Shown piece after piece: positions 36,437 through 48,200 of a stretch of DNA of 64,000 nucleotides (its first letter is position 1; every line of letters begins with the position of its first letter). The notes under the pieces were generated by a model, which saw nothing but the letters and a program-made list of their open reading frames with translations, ran no database searches and was not told where the DNA came from. A program made the position numbers and the translations under genes. Source of the stretch: Zygnema circumcarinatum SAG 698-1b (taxonomy: Eukaryota > Plantae > Zygnematophyceae); NCBI GenBank assembly GCA_037447605.1, contig CM074806.1:2046001-2110000 (forward strand), read 5' to 3'.

Positions 36437-39400
36437 TCACTCCCTCAAGCTGAATCCCCTCGCCTCCCAGGAGAGTCTCTGCACCTCATTTTGCCGGAAG
36501 GTCTGCAGTGTGTCTGTGCTCAGTGCTCTCCCTACAGCAATATGCTTTTGCTCGTATAGCTTCTGAGCTAGTAGATAGAAACCTGCTTTATTACAGATTC
36601 GAATAACGTAATTATAAATGTGTTTGTCAGGAGGGGGTCCTTTCCTTCGCATCTCGCTGCAAGCAAGAAGAGTTGAGTTGGTATTAGTTTACGGATGCCC
36701 GCGAAGCCATAATGAGATGGAAAAGCCAAACCGCGCATACAACTTGATGCATTCATGGACTCTCCCGAAAGAGAGGAGAGACACAAGACAACAAGTGCAG
36801 TGGAATCGTTAACTCACTTAAATATACTAAGGGCCCGCTTAAAAGATCCTGCCTCCTCCCACATGAGGATGAGAGTAGCGTAGGTCGCCTTGTTCGGCGT
36901 TACTCCCTCCCGGCTCATGAACTTGTACACATTATATGCATCTCTATACATGCGTGCCTTCCGATATATGTTGATGACTGTATTGAAGGTGATCACATTG
37001 GGACAGATGCCCGCATCCTGCATGCGATTAAACATCTTTGTCGCCTCTAAAAGCCTTTCAGCTTTGCCGTACCTGCGCCCTTGGTGACATTCCCATTCGA
37101 GCTTAAGATGTATGCTTGGATGCCGTATCCCCTCCCCCCATGCAAGGCATATGAACCATTCAAAAGCATATACAAGCGTTCTTTACGATTTCCAGAGGAG
37201 TGAATTCCACTAATTTTTCAACAACCCTCTCTCTCTTCCACCGGCTCAATTCAGAAATCTCAGCACGTACACGTGGATCATGTTGGTGTAGGTGAAGCTT
37301 GTGGGTTTAACTCCTTTCTGAAGCATTTCGTCAAAAAGAGAAGCAGCGTCTTCGACCTTTCCCTCCTTCCCAAACAAGTCGATCATAGTGTTGTACACCA
37401 CGTCATCAAGAGTTGCTCCACTGTCCTTTAAACCCTGGAAAACAACCTGTAGTCCCTCCACCACCTCCACTCTTAAGCAAACAAACATCATCCATGCCTG
37501 CCACTTTCACTGTGCCAAGTCCCCACCCAATGCACTTCATTTCAATTCATCTTCACCTTCGCTTCATCGAAGCGCCCCGTCTTGGCGTAAAGGTTGATCA
37601 TGATGCTGTAAGGCACCGCCTGACATCTCCCCGCCTCCGAGGCCTGCCCTCGCCCACATCGCAGAATTCAACACAAGAGACGAGCTCGCTAGCAGTAGGC
37701 CGCGATGTATTGCTTCATGGCATCCTCGCAGTCCTTTATCTTTCTTTAAAAAAGTCATGTTTAAAACTGCATTACTCACCACCACCTCCTCAAATAACCT
37801 CTGTGCTGCCTCAATCTGTCCGTGCTTGCCAAAGGCATCCATCATGGCGCAGTGAGAGACAATGTCCACGTTTGCCCCAGACTTGTGCATCTCCTTGAAC
37901 ACTTTCACGGCGTCCTGCAGCCGCCCCAACTTCGAGTACAGCGCAATCGCTGCACTGCCCGAAACTTGGCGCGTGCCCTCTCCGCTAGGCCTTTGCTGCA
38001 GAGTGGGCCCCTCCATCCCCATTTTCAGGATCAGCAGAACTTCGTGTCTATCAAAAAAGTACAGCGCACCCTGCGTTAAAGGAGTTGCAGACGCAGGATG
38101 TGGCAAAAAAATAGGCAGGAGAAACACACTCAAGGAGCTCACGGGAAGAGCAGCGGCTAGAAACATGTATAGGCAATATAAAGACAAGAACCAATGCTCA
38201 GGAAGGCAGTTCAAAAACTTGAGCTCTGTCTACGAATTTTCAAGTAGTCAAAGAAAACTGCCTGGCCATATTTAGGTCAATCACGGGACTTGTAGCTCTA
38301 TATTGTAGTATTCAGAACCTTTGCTAATTTACCCGTTCCAAGGTCTACATGAAACACGATTCCAATCGCAGGCGAGTTTGCTTCAGAGGCCGAACCCTCC
38401 CAGACTAACCTGCGCTGTCCTCAGCACTTTCTGCGCTTCTGTGTCCAACCCCATTCGGCGGAACAGGCCCACCATGGTTTCCAAAAGCACCATAGTAGGT
38501 TGCACTTTGTTTGCAATCATTTCCTTGTAGATGATGGCTGCTTGATCGTCTTTCTTTGCACGCACAAGGGCGGTAATAATTGTTCCATACAGCACTGACG
38601 TCATCTGCCAAACAATTTAATCCATGCCCCATTTCGTTCTAAGCTTGTTCTCACACTCAAGAAAGGTCGAATCAGATCAGCATCCTTTTGACGTATCAAC
38701 ACCCAAAATAGTAACTAAGCTGAAGCGAACAGTTTAGACAATTTCTTGTGCACAACTGTATGATGGAGATTTGGCGTTAATGCTTACACCCATTTGTTAT
38801 GATCATGTATGGCAATGCATGAGAAATGTTTCGAAAAGCACAAAATGTTCGTTATCACCCACAATATGTTAATCCTTCCGTAAACTGTACCCAATGAATA
38901 ACATCTTTAAATTCAAATTTATTTGAAACTTCTGTTTGAGATAGGAGTGTTTAAGGATCCAAGAGCTAGGCCAAGGCGTTTGAAGGCTGAGTACAGCTAA
39001 AGAACTAATGAAAAGAGGGAAATCTATGCATGAGGGCTAAGCATGAAGTAAATCTTCTGCAAGATATTGCTGTACTCTCAAGAATGTAAGGCTTCGCCCC
39101 AAACCTGAAAATCTTGCTGCAAGCTCCGAAAATGCAGAAGGGCATCATCGACTCGCCCCAGATTGGCATGAAGCCAAATAAAGTTATTATATGTGTAGAG
39201 GTCTGGAGGACAGCCCGTTGCTCGCATCGTTTCCAACAACTCCTCCGCTTTCTTCACGGCAATCTCCCCTATCCCCTTTGCCATCTTGCTATACATGGTC
39301 ATTATTGTATTATATGATATCAAGTCCGGCTTCATGCCCTTGTCTCTCATGCGCTGCCACAGACAGAGACGAAGGAAGATTGCTGCAATTAGCCCTCATT

Positions 39401-42400
39401 TTCTGCCACTGTCTTAACTCACTGAAAAAAAAAAAAAAAAAGGGAGGGTCAATACTCACATCCATGAGCGACCAAAGGCAATGGGCATAAACACAAAGTC
39501 TATCATTGCTCCTCTGTTTAAGTTTTTGAAATCGCTACTATTCGAAACTTGCGACTCCTGTCTTATTTTAGATGTCTAAACACGACATCACATGCAAGGG
39601 CATGCGATGGTTGAGCATGTGTGATAGTTCATTGTGATACTCAATGAAAATGAAGGTTAAGAAAGTGTAAGTGGTTGATACTGCATGATCAATTCTACAG
39701 AAAAGATCCGTCCCTACAACAACCTATGGCTCTTAAGAGAAGGGAGGAAGAGAAAACAGAGAAAGAAAATGCGTGTGAGAGAGCGAGAAAGAGAGAGCGA
39801 GAAAGAGAGAGCGAGGGAGACCAAACCTCCAAAACATTTTGTGCCATTTCCAAATCGCCAGTCTCTGCATATACGTCAATAAGCGCATTGTACGCTATTG
39901 CATCTGCAGGAACGCCTGCCTCTTCCATCTGCCGTACGACTCGCTCTACATCTTCTGACCGGCCCAACCTCCGATAGGCAGAGGCCATGGACACCCACAG
40001 AGCCTGGTCGATGGGCCTCCCTGCCGCCAAAACCTGCGCAAAGGTCTGGAGATAGCAGAGCGGAGAATGGTTCAGGCCATCCAGAATGTGCAGTGCTACT
40101 AGGGCGCCTTGCAGGCTGAATTTCAGCAAAGGAGTCATATTACAACACTTACAACTTCTGCCTCTTCGATTCTCTTTGCTCGGCCATAAACGCTAATTAG
40201 AGTACACATTGCATTCTGATCTTGGGCGGCTCCTTCCATTCCTCTCAGCTTATCGCATAGGAGTACCGCATCTGCCAGGCGGTCTGATCTACTTAGCAGC
40301 TTTATCACTGTCGTCAGGACTTCCTGCACACATGAATAAAGAACAGTTGGCAGCTGAAAGTGACTTACACTGCAGAAAACATGGCTTTGCCTGAATCTTT
40401 GATGCTAATAAATGGAATATGCCGCTTACCTTGTTTGGCACCAGGCCGCGGTTCTTCAAGCTGCCGTACCATGCATGGGCTTTGCTGTAACGTTCTCCCT
40501 TCGTGTACATTGCAATCATCACATTGTGTACATATAGATCCAGTTCCACACCTGTTCCCATCCTGTTTAATGATGAAAATTTCTCTGCTGAAAATTTCAA
40601 CACATAGGTCAAGCTGACTGCAAACTTACCTTCGTTCTATCTCGACAGAAAATGGACACATAAACTGTTGAAATACGAGCAGAAAAGTAACAGGAGGAAG
40701 GGCAGGACATTGGGTGCTCCCTGCTCCTGAGTTCTCATATGAGCAACTATTTTTTTGACGTCCAATACCAGAAAGTGGCTGCTAAGAAAGAGGACTTGAT
40801 GCGTACTTCCTATCTATGCATATAGAACTTACCTTTTTCCTCCATGTTTTTTACAAGTTCCTCTGCCTTTGCCCATTGGCGTGCACGGCCCAATGCTCCG
40901 AGCACGGTAGTCCCCAAATGTGGACTTGTCAGCTGCTTTTTCTCTGCCCATTGATACACGATCAGACCTAAATCTCCTGATACCTGCTGAACAAATTCCA
41001 CATCATATACCACACGTGGCTTAATACAAACCAATTGCACAACTGGACTCCACCTTAGAGATGCTATGCAGGTTCGTAGTGCACGCTTTCCATAGCAGAT
41101 CGAACAGGACCCCCGAAAGTGAGCACTCTAGGAGCCAAACAATGCGACAAGAAGCACGTTGACCGTCTTAGCTTCAGCCAACCTATCAAGGCAGGAAAGG
41201 TAGTGCGAACGTGGGGCACGGTGTTGAATTCATCTTGACGACAGCACTTAGAGACAAGAAAGCACATTAACTTGCCGAGAACGGACCTTTTTTGTAACTG
41301 AAACAAGGGAATAGCGATTGAGCTTTCCCTTAAAGCCATCCAAGGCAGCCATGACTCCCGCCTCCGGATCACCTCCGCTCTGCTTGGAGGCCTCGTATGC
41401 CTCCGTTACAGCTATAACAACCTTCTGGACAAGCTCCTGCTGAACCCAGCAGTCCTAGCAGAAGTAGCTATTAAAAAACGAATACCTTCGTGAAAAGAGT
41501 AGCTATCAAAATGAACTTAAGTCCTTCTCAAGTTTAACAGGTGAAGGAAGAATCTTCTAAGCTGCTGATGCAGGAAGCCAGCAGATTAGACCGGATGTCA
41601 ATTCACCATTTGTCTGACAGTAACCCCATTTAATTGTCCTAGAAGCTTAAAGTTACAGATACTAACAAAATAACAGTAGCTCTTGAATTTGAACAAGAAT
41701 GAGAACGAATGTTGCAACCTCGCCATGTACGCAAAACACTCCCAATTTTTCAGGCAAAGAAGCTGCAGTTGCCAAGTTTTTGCATCGTGCTTTTGATTTT
41801 TAACTAAAGTATCGCAAATTCGTAAATTTTTTCGTAAAGTTTTTCAATTTGCTGGCTGGTGTATGACAGTGAACCTCAATTCCGTGATGGCGAACAACCT
41901 CTGCTTGCATGTTCGACAGGTTCCTATTAATAAATATGAACGGCATTCACTATATTGTACTCAATGAGTGTATATCCTAACGAATGAATATAAGCTAAAC
42001 GTCAAAGTTTTGGTTCAACTTTACAATTTCTGGCTGCTTCTGGACTTGACCTTTTACTTCCTGACATTGACCCGAAAAATCAGACAGTCCTTAAGTTCCT
42101 CCATCAGGAGAGCACATAATGTTCGGGGAAGTGGAGTGATGTGGGAAAATAGGAAAGTACTCACTGGGTCCTGTTGTGGTCTGCGTTTAGGTCGTGGACC
42201 AATGCTGCGCTTAGCTCCCAAAGCCATCCCCTTTTACCCCCGGTCAGCATTGTTAGTCTCGTGCGTGCATTTGCTGTCAGACCCAAAAAACTAGTATTTG
42301 TATCGTATTTGCCATCAATATGCAAAAAAACGCCAAAAGGAAAGATTCGCATCCAAAGGTGAAATTCTCTGAGTGCCGTTTAAGACCCTCGATTCCAAAA

Positions 42401-43235
42401 ACAAAAAAACCGCTCACCATGCTTAAAGGCAAATTGACACGTAACTACTTAGCAATGAAGGCACATAGAAGCAAAGGGAAAGAAAAGTGCAACAAATGCG
42501 TTCAGTTGCCTGATGGGAGGAGATTTCCCCTTCCTTCCATAGGCATGAGCGAGTACAGAACAGTACATTACGACTATATCAAGATGCACAAGCAAATTGT
42601 ATTTCAGGTTTGCTGTTCAGACATTTCCTTATTAAGTAGAATTGATACAAACGCATATCCGCTGAAGATTGCAAAGGGACTGCAGGAACATTCTGCTACA
42701 TGAAGAGAATTTTGAAAGCCAAACCCAATCTAAACGTTGCTCCCAATCTAAAGCAAGCCCAAACTAAAGACCCGCTTACAATTGCGCGTGCGAAACATCC
42801 CACTACCGTTCTGTCGTAGCGACACTACTACAAAGGACGAAGTTATTGTATCTTGCCTCCTGTTAATGAGGAGAAGAAGCTGAATAGTGAAAGGAGGAGA
42901 GGACGAACCGTGATAAATCTAACCAGAGGAGAATTAAGTAAGAAAAAATAAAAAATGCAGTTAAAAAAACTAATTAATTCTGAACTAGCCCTCCGGCCCT
43001 GGGAGATACATACTTGGTGCTCAGCAGGAGGTGCAGTTGCACTCTCCGGAAGAGTGTTGACATTCACTCTCGTCGAAAGAGGAACCGCTGCTGAGGCGCT
43101 TCCTTCAGCTCGCAGCTCATGCCGCCCGCGGTCTGCAGGCAGACTGCTGGCCGAGGCAGGAGTGGCGAGCGCAGGGTTGGTCACGCCCAGAGCGAGCGAG
43201 CTCCCGACTGCGGACGGGAGCGCCGTCATGGCCAT
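36437..43235 (-). CDS. P-class pentatricopeptide repeat protein (~18 motifs), probably plastid-targeted
   Basis: Exons 43235-43014, (possibly 42230-42165), 41454-41287, 40983-40833, 40551-40430, 40323-40153, 40045-39827, 39353-39105, 38604-38410, 37995-37780, 37643-37557, 37446-37271, 37072-36818 and 36656-36437. Junctions rebuild continuous 35-aa motifs, e.g. YNALIDVYAETGDLEMAQNVLE|RMRDKGMKPDLIS and YNTMIDLFGKEGKVEDAASLFDEMLQKGVKPTSFT. The N-terminus is Ala/Ser/Pro-rich. No E/DYW domain is seen. Confidence 0.9.
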
Positions 43236-43748
43236 GGCGGAGTAGGAAAGCAGACGCCGCAGTGTATGTCGATGCGCAACGAGGAGGGAGGAAGGAAGGG
43301 AGGGAAAGTAAACTTCCCTTTCAGGCTTCCGCTGGCAGGACACGAGGGAGGGGTTCAGCTCGGAGGCGCCATGGCCGCTGGCCTGCTCCTGGAGGCCGGG
43401 ACTGCCCTTTCTGCGGTTCCATGGAGGATAGCTCTGTGTGCACGGACTGGATAGAGCGTTCCCTGCTGCTTCAGTAACATGCTCGGGCAATCCGTTCAGT
43501 TCAGCGACACAGAACCCCCGCAGGCCCGCCGTACAGGAGTCACTTTGTACGGAGCGGCGACGGAAGGGCGGACAGCAGGAGCGGGGCCAATGGCGCACCG
43601 CCAGCTGGACAAAACTATCCGCCTCTCCGTATTCTCTTGCGATAAGGCTGACAGCGCTCTTGACTTTCCACAAAAAAAAAACTTTTTTGCGTTGCCGTAG
43701 GCAAAAGCTTTGTCATCGTTTTCATCTGTACGACGAGTTCGATTAAGG

Positions 43749-44070
43749 TGTCAAAGATGAGTTTGATGAAAATGGAGTATAGTTTCCGCGAGTCTGACGT
43801 TGGCACGTCGCGCGTCCTGATTGGTTGTGTGTTTTGTTGGATCGAATGTGCAGAAAATGGGGTATTCAGTTATTGCCACGTGCTTTTGTTTTATGTGACC
43901 TACGGATTCGATTATGTTGTCAAAGGTGAATTTAATGAAAATGGGGTATAGTTGCCGCGAGTTGGACGTTGCCACGTCGCGCGTCCTGATTGGTTGTGTG
44001 TTTTGTTGGATCGAATGTGCAGAAAATGGGGTATATCGCGTATTTATGTAGTCATTGCCACGTGTCTTTT
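43749..44070. repeat. Tandem duplication, unit ~169 bp, 2 copies
   Basis: tgtcaaag..gaaaatgg.gtatagtt.ccgcgagt..gacgttg.cacgtcgcgcgtcctgattggttgtgtgttttgttggatcgaatgtgcagaaaatggggtat starts at both 43749 and 43918. Confidence 0.9.
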
Positions 44071-44201
44071 CTACGCACGACAGCGTTCTGTTTGAATGTT
44101 TTACGGGACTTATTGTTGTAATTACGGTTTGTGTTGCAGCGTGTTTAACTAAACTGAATATCCAGTCAGTTATTGCCACGTATCCGCTTTTTTTTTTTTT
44201 T

Positions 44202-44900
44202 GGATTGTCGAACGGAATGTGGTATACCTCTTATCCAGTCAGAAATTGCCACGTGGGTGTTGTGGTGTTTTTTTGGATCGTTTGTAGGAAATGGGGTATG
44301 TTTTTTATCCAATCAGGTTTTGCCACGTAGCCCTAAATTTGGAAAAAAATAAAAAAAAAAAACCACACACAAACTGCGACGACAGAATGCGGCGTCATTC
44401 TGTTGTCCAGTTTGTGTGTGGTAAAAAAAAAAAAAATTGATTTTTTTGGATTGTCGAACGGAATGTGGTTTACCTCATATCCAGTCAGAAATTGCCACGT
44501 GGGTGTTGTGGTGTTTTTTTGGATCATTTGTAGGAAATGGGGTATGTTTTTTATCCAATCAGGTTTTGCCACGTAGCCCTAAATTTGGAAAAAAATAAAA
44601 AAAAAAAACCACACACAAACTGCGACGACAGAATGCGGCGTCATTCTGTTGTCCAGTTTGTGTGTGGTAAAAAAAAAAAAAATTGATTTTTTTTTTTTTT
44701 TTTTTTTTGGATTGTCGAACGGAATGTGGTATACCTCATATCCAGTCAGAAATTGCCACGTGGGTGCTGTGGTGTTTTTTTGGATCATTTGTAGGAAATG
44801 GGGTATGTTTTTTATCCAGTCAGGTGTTGCCACATAGCCCTAAAATGGGAAAAAAACTGAAAAAAAAACTGTCGTTTCAGTTTGTGTGTGGAAAAAAAAA
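44202..44900. repeat. Tandem repeat, unit ~246 bp, ~2.8 copies, containing G-boxes and a 61-nt hairpin
   Basis: ggattgtcgaacggaatgtggt starts at 44202, 44448 and 44709. Copies are near-identical apart from homopolymer lengths. Confidence 0.95.
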
Positions 44901-45139
44901 AATCCGAATTTTTTTTTTTTTTATATAGAAGCCAATTCACACACACACACACATACTGTAACAAACCTGCCAACTGCAAGGTTTGAACACAAGACCTCCC
45001 GGTACCCACACCAGTGCGTTTACCATTAAAAGGCAACCGCGGATGTAAATACTAGGCCATACAACACATCTATAGCGTTTCGCTACATTCCTCCCCACCT
45101 AAACCCGAGGGCTGCGTCCTCGGCGCACTCAAGGGATTT

Positions 45140-45239
45140 NNNNNNNNNNNNNNNNNNNNNNNNNNNNNNNNNNNNNNNNNNNNNNNNNNNNNNNNNNNNN
45201 NNNNNNNNNNNNNNNNNNNNNNNNNNNNNNNNNNNNNNN
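45140..45239. other. 100-N scaffold gap of unknown true size
   Basis: A run of exactly 100 N. Confidence 0.99.
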
Positions 45240-48200
45240 CTTTCATCTCCCAGTAACTCTTCCAGCTTCTGTTCATCCGCAGCGGCCTCCGTGAACGTCA
45301 TCCGCACAAAGGCGTTAGCAGCATTCATGTCTGCTTCGCTGCTTTCTTTGAGGTTCAAAGACTTCCCCAAGACACTTAGCTGCGATATTGAAGTCTCCCC
45401 AGAGTCCTCACTGGCTTGGTTAACCAAGCTCTCTTTAATAGAGTGCAAGGATACAAGCCAAGAGCGCAGTCTCTCTGCAGCCTGACCGCAGCACGGACTG
45501 CATGCTTTCATCACACCATGCATCCCGCTCACATCTTCATCTGCAGAGATCTGAGAAAGCTCATCTTCTGCAGTAAGAACTCTCAGAACGAATTTGTGAG
45601 CAAACAGGCTCCATGCCCTGTCCGCCATTGTCAGCAGTTTATGGCCGCCATTTCTCCCCTTCCTGTCCTCCAGGCCTCTCCCCTCGTTTTCGATGAAACT
45701 TCCTTTTTTCTTTCCTATTTTCGGGGCTGAGCTAGATCTCTTCCTCGTGCTTGTCAAGCTCCCATCCTTCACTTCACCATAACCGTGTTCTACCTTCCCG
45801 TTTGCACCTATCAGACCTGCTGCTTCTACTTCAACAGCTCCCTGAACGCTCTCAGCATGAAACATGGGGTGATTTAAGATCCCCATGGACAAAGAAATGC
45901 TGCTCTCTCCCGCCAACCGCGCCTTCAGGTTCGACATCCTTTGGGGCGGTTCCTCTTCAAGCCGACCCATCTTGCTTTCTCCGATGACCACAGCTTCCAA
46001 AACAGAAAACAAAACCGCCAGCCGACGCAGCCAGTGTGCTTGAGAAAGCTCTTCTACGAAATGCGTACCAGCTTCTTGAGCCGCACTACCGGCTAACCCC
46101 ATGCCTCTACCTCTTTCATGGACTCGCCATCTATTCAGAATGTGGCGAATACCACTCAAGACGGCCCTGACAGCAATGCACTTGCTTGAAACCTCTAAAA
46201 AGGAGTGACTGAATTCAGGATTCAGCGGTTTCTCACCAGCTTTAGAAACCTCTCGCGATTCCCTTAATACCTCGTTTTCACATTTCTCTAGGAGAACAGC
46301 TCTCATCGGCTCTAGATCTAGTAAGTGTCCTTCTTTGAACCTAATAGCAGCAGCCAGCAACCGGACAAAAGGCGTCTCTCGTATGGCGGTAGCAAGTATT
46401 GAGGCTGCACCGCCTCTATCGGTACAAGGCCCACTTTCCATTGCGCCCTCGTTATTTCCACTCTCTGACATTTCATAACCTTTTCCTACTCCCATACCCT
46501 GTTCCCCCTTCTTCCTTTTGATGCTCCTTTCCCCTTTCATTTCTTGCCCTGTTCGTCGTCTTTTCCGAATCTTACATCCTACATCGCCCATTTTTTCTTT
46601 CCTTGCCAGCTCCAATGCCTGCTTGACCAAGCTTGGCTTACTTTCCATCATGTCTCCAATCAATCTTGAATTCGATTTCAGTAGAAAAGGCAGGACTGAT
46701 ACATTGGCTTCAAGTGTTTTGCTACAGACTTTGAGGAGTTTGCCCAGGTTAGCACCCAGCTCTTGTGAGGGGAAAACCAGAAAAGCATTCTCAGCAGCAA
46801 GAAGCAATGTACCCAGTTCCAGGTTTTCAGCTGCCAAGGCCGTATCTAAGACCGCTTCTAGACCAGACAGTTGCTCCGGCACACCTTTCCCTTTCCTCCG
46901 AGTTTCGTCGTGCAACTCTCCATTTAACAATCTCAAGTCCTGGACCTCCCCTGCTTTTCGTTTTGCTTTTTTCACTACTTCTTGATAGCCATTTTCATCT
47001 TCCACGCTTGTTTCAAAAAACGAATCTTTAACATGAACTGTTTCAGATGCTTCAAGAACTTGTTCCGCCATTAGCAAAAGCGCCTGCAGTGGGGCCCACT
47101 CGCATTGGAAGGCTGCTGCAGGCGAAGGCAAGTGTGACTCCTTCGCGAGCGTGGCACGTATTAGGGCTGCGAGGGCGGAAGGCTCCGGCTGCCAGCGCGG
47201 CCACAAAAGAAAGGTACATTTGAGCTAAAAAGAAATGGGTGATGAAAGAAATGCTTGAATAGAAAATGGGGGATAAGGGTGGTTGAGTACAAAACAGCAG
47301 CTGTCTCAAACAACTCACCTGGACTAGCAGCATGGAGTCGAGAACACTTGCGGAATATCCCACTATGGCTGCCCTTTGAGGGAACCCTAAATTCCCAGAG
47401 GTCGAGCGGGCAACGCGCATGGCATTTGACAGTGCACATACGGCAAGGGGGCTTATAAGGAGAGAAGTCAGTTGAGAGAAATCTGCAAAGAGTAGAGCGA
47501 AGGCAAAGCAAAGAAAATACAAATAAGTTTGGTGGCGAGGGACCCACGGAATCTGCAATCAGTCACTGGCTGAAAAACAAAAATCTTGAAGATCTCTTGC
47601 AAAAAAGGAAGGGGGGGAAGGGGGGGAAGGGGGAGTTGTTGGTTAGAGAAAGTCGCTAATTAATACAGACTCACGCCTACTCCTGCCAGTGAAAAGGTCC
47701 TCTGTGTCACATGATCTGAAGTGATCCCGTAAGATCCCCGCAAAAGGAATCCAATCATCAAGCTCTTCTTTTTGCATGACCTTGCCATGCACTAGAACCA
47801 AGCCTGCTGAAATCTGCTCTGTTCATACCTCTCTTGTCAAAGATCAGTTGTCCCACCTTCCTCAACAGCCGTTGCCCCTTGCATCGCGGAAGCCGCAGCC
47901 TCATGGCGTGCAGACATCGCTGCGTGCATCTCTTCCCAGAACTTGTAAGGATTTCGCCCAACAGCACCCACGGCATCTGCCAAAAAATTGACAACTGCTT
48001 CCCTCCATGATTCCTTTCCGTCCCACCTTTTCTTCTCCACCTCCTCTCTTTCGCTGATATCACCCTGTCGTCCCCTCCCTCCCCCACTCCCTTCTCCCTT
48101 GTGACTTGTCTCTCTCCCACCAGCATGGTTGGACCGCAAAGAGGGCAGTCCCTCAAGCCACAGACTGATCTCTGCCACGTCACTATCAAATGCCCCAGTG

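Noticed and set aside
43751-44928. Near-identical ORFs (MAKPDWIKNIPHF.../MATPDWIKNIPHF...)
   Set aside because: By-products of the 246-bp tandem repeat. They contain homopolymer-derived poly-Phe/Lys and the frames vary with run length.
45083-45139. C-terminal peptide of the 707-aa ORF read across Ns
   Set aside because: The reading frame across a gap of unknown size is meaningless, so it was excluded from the URB1 model.
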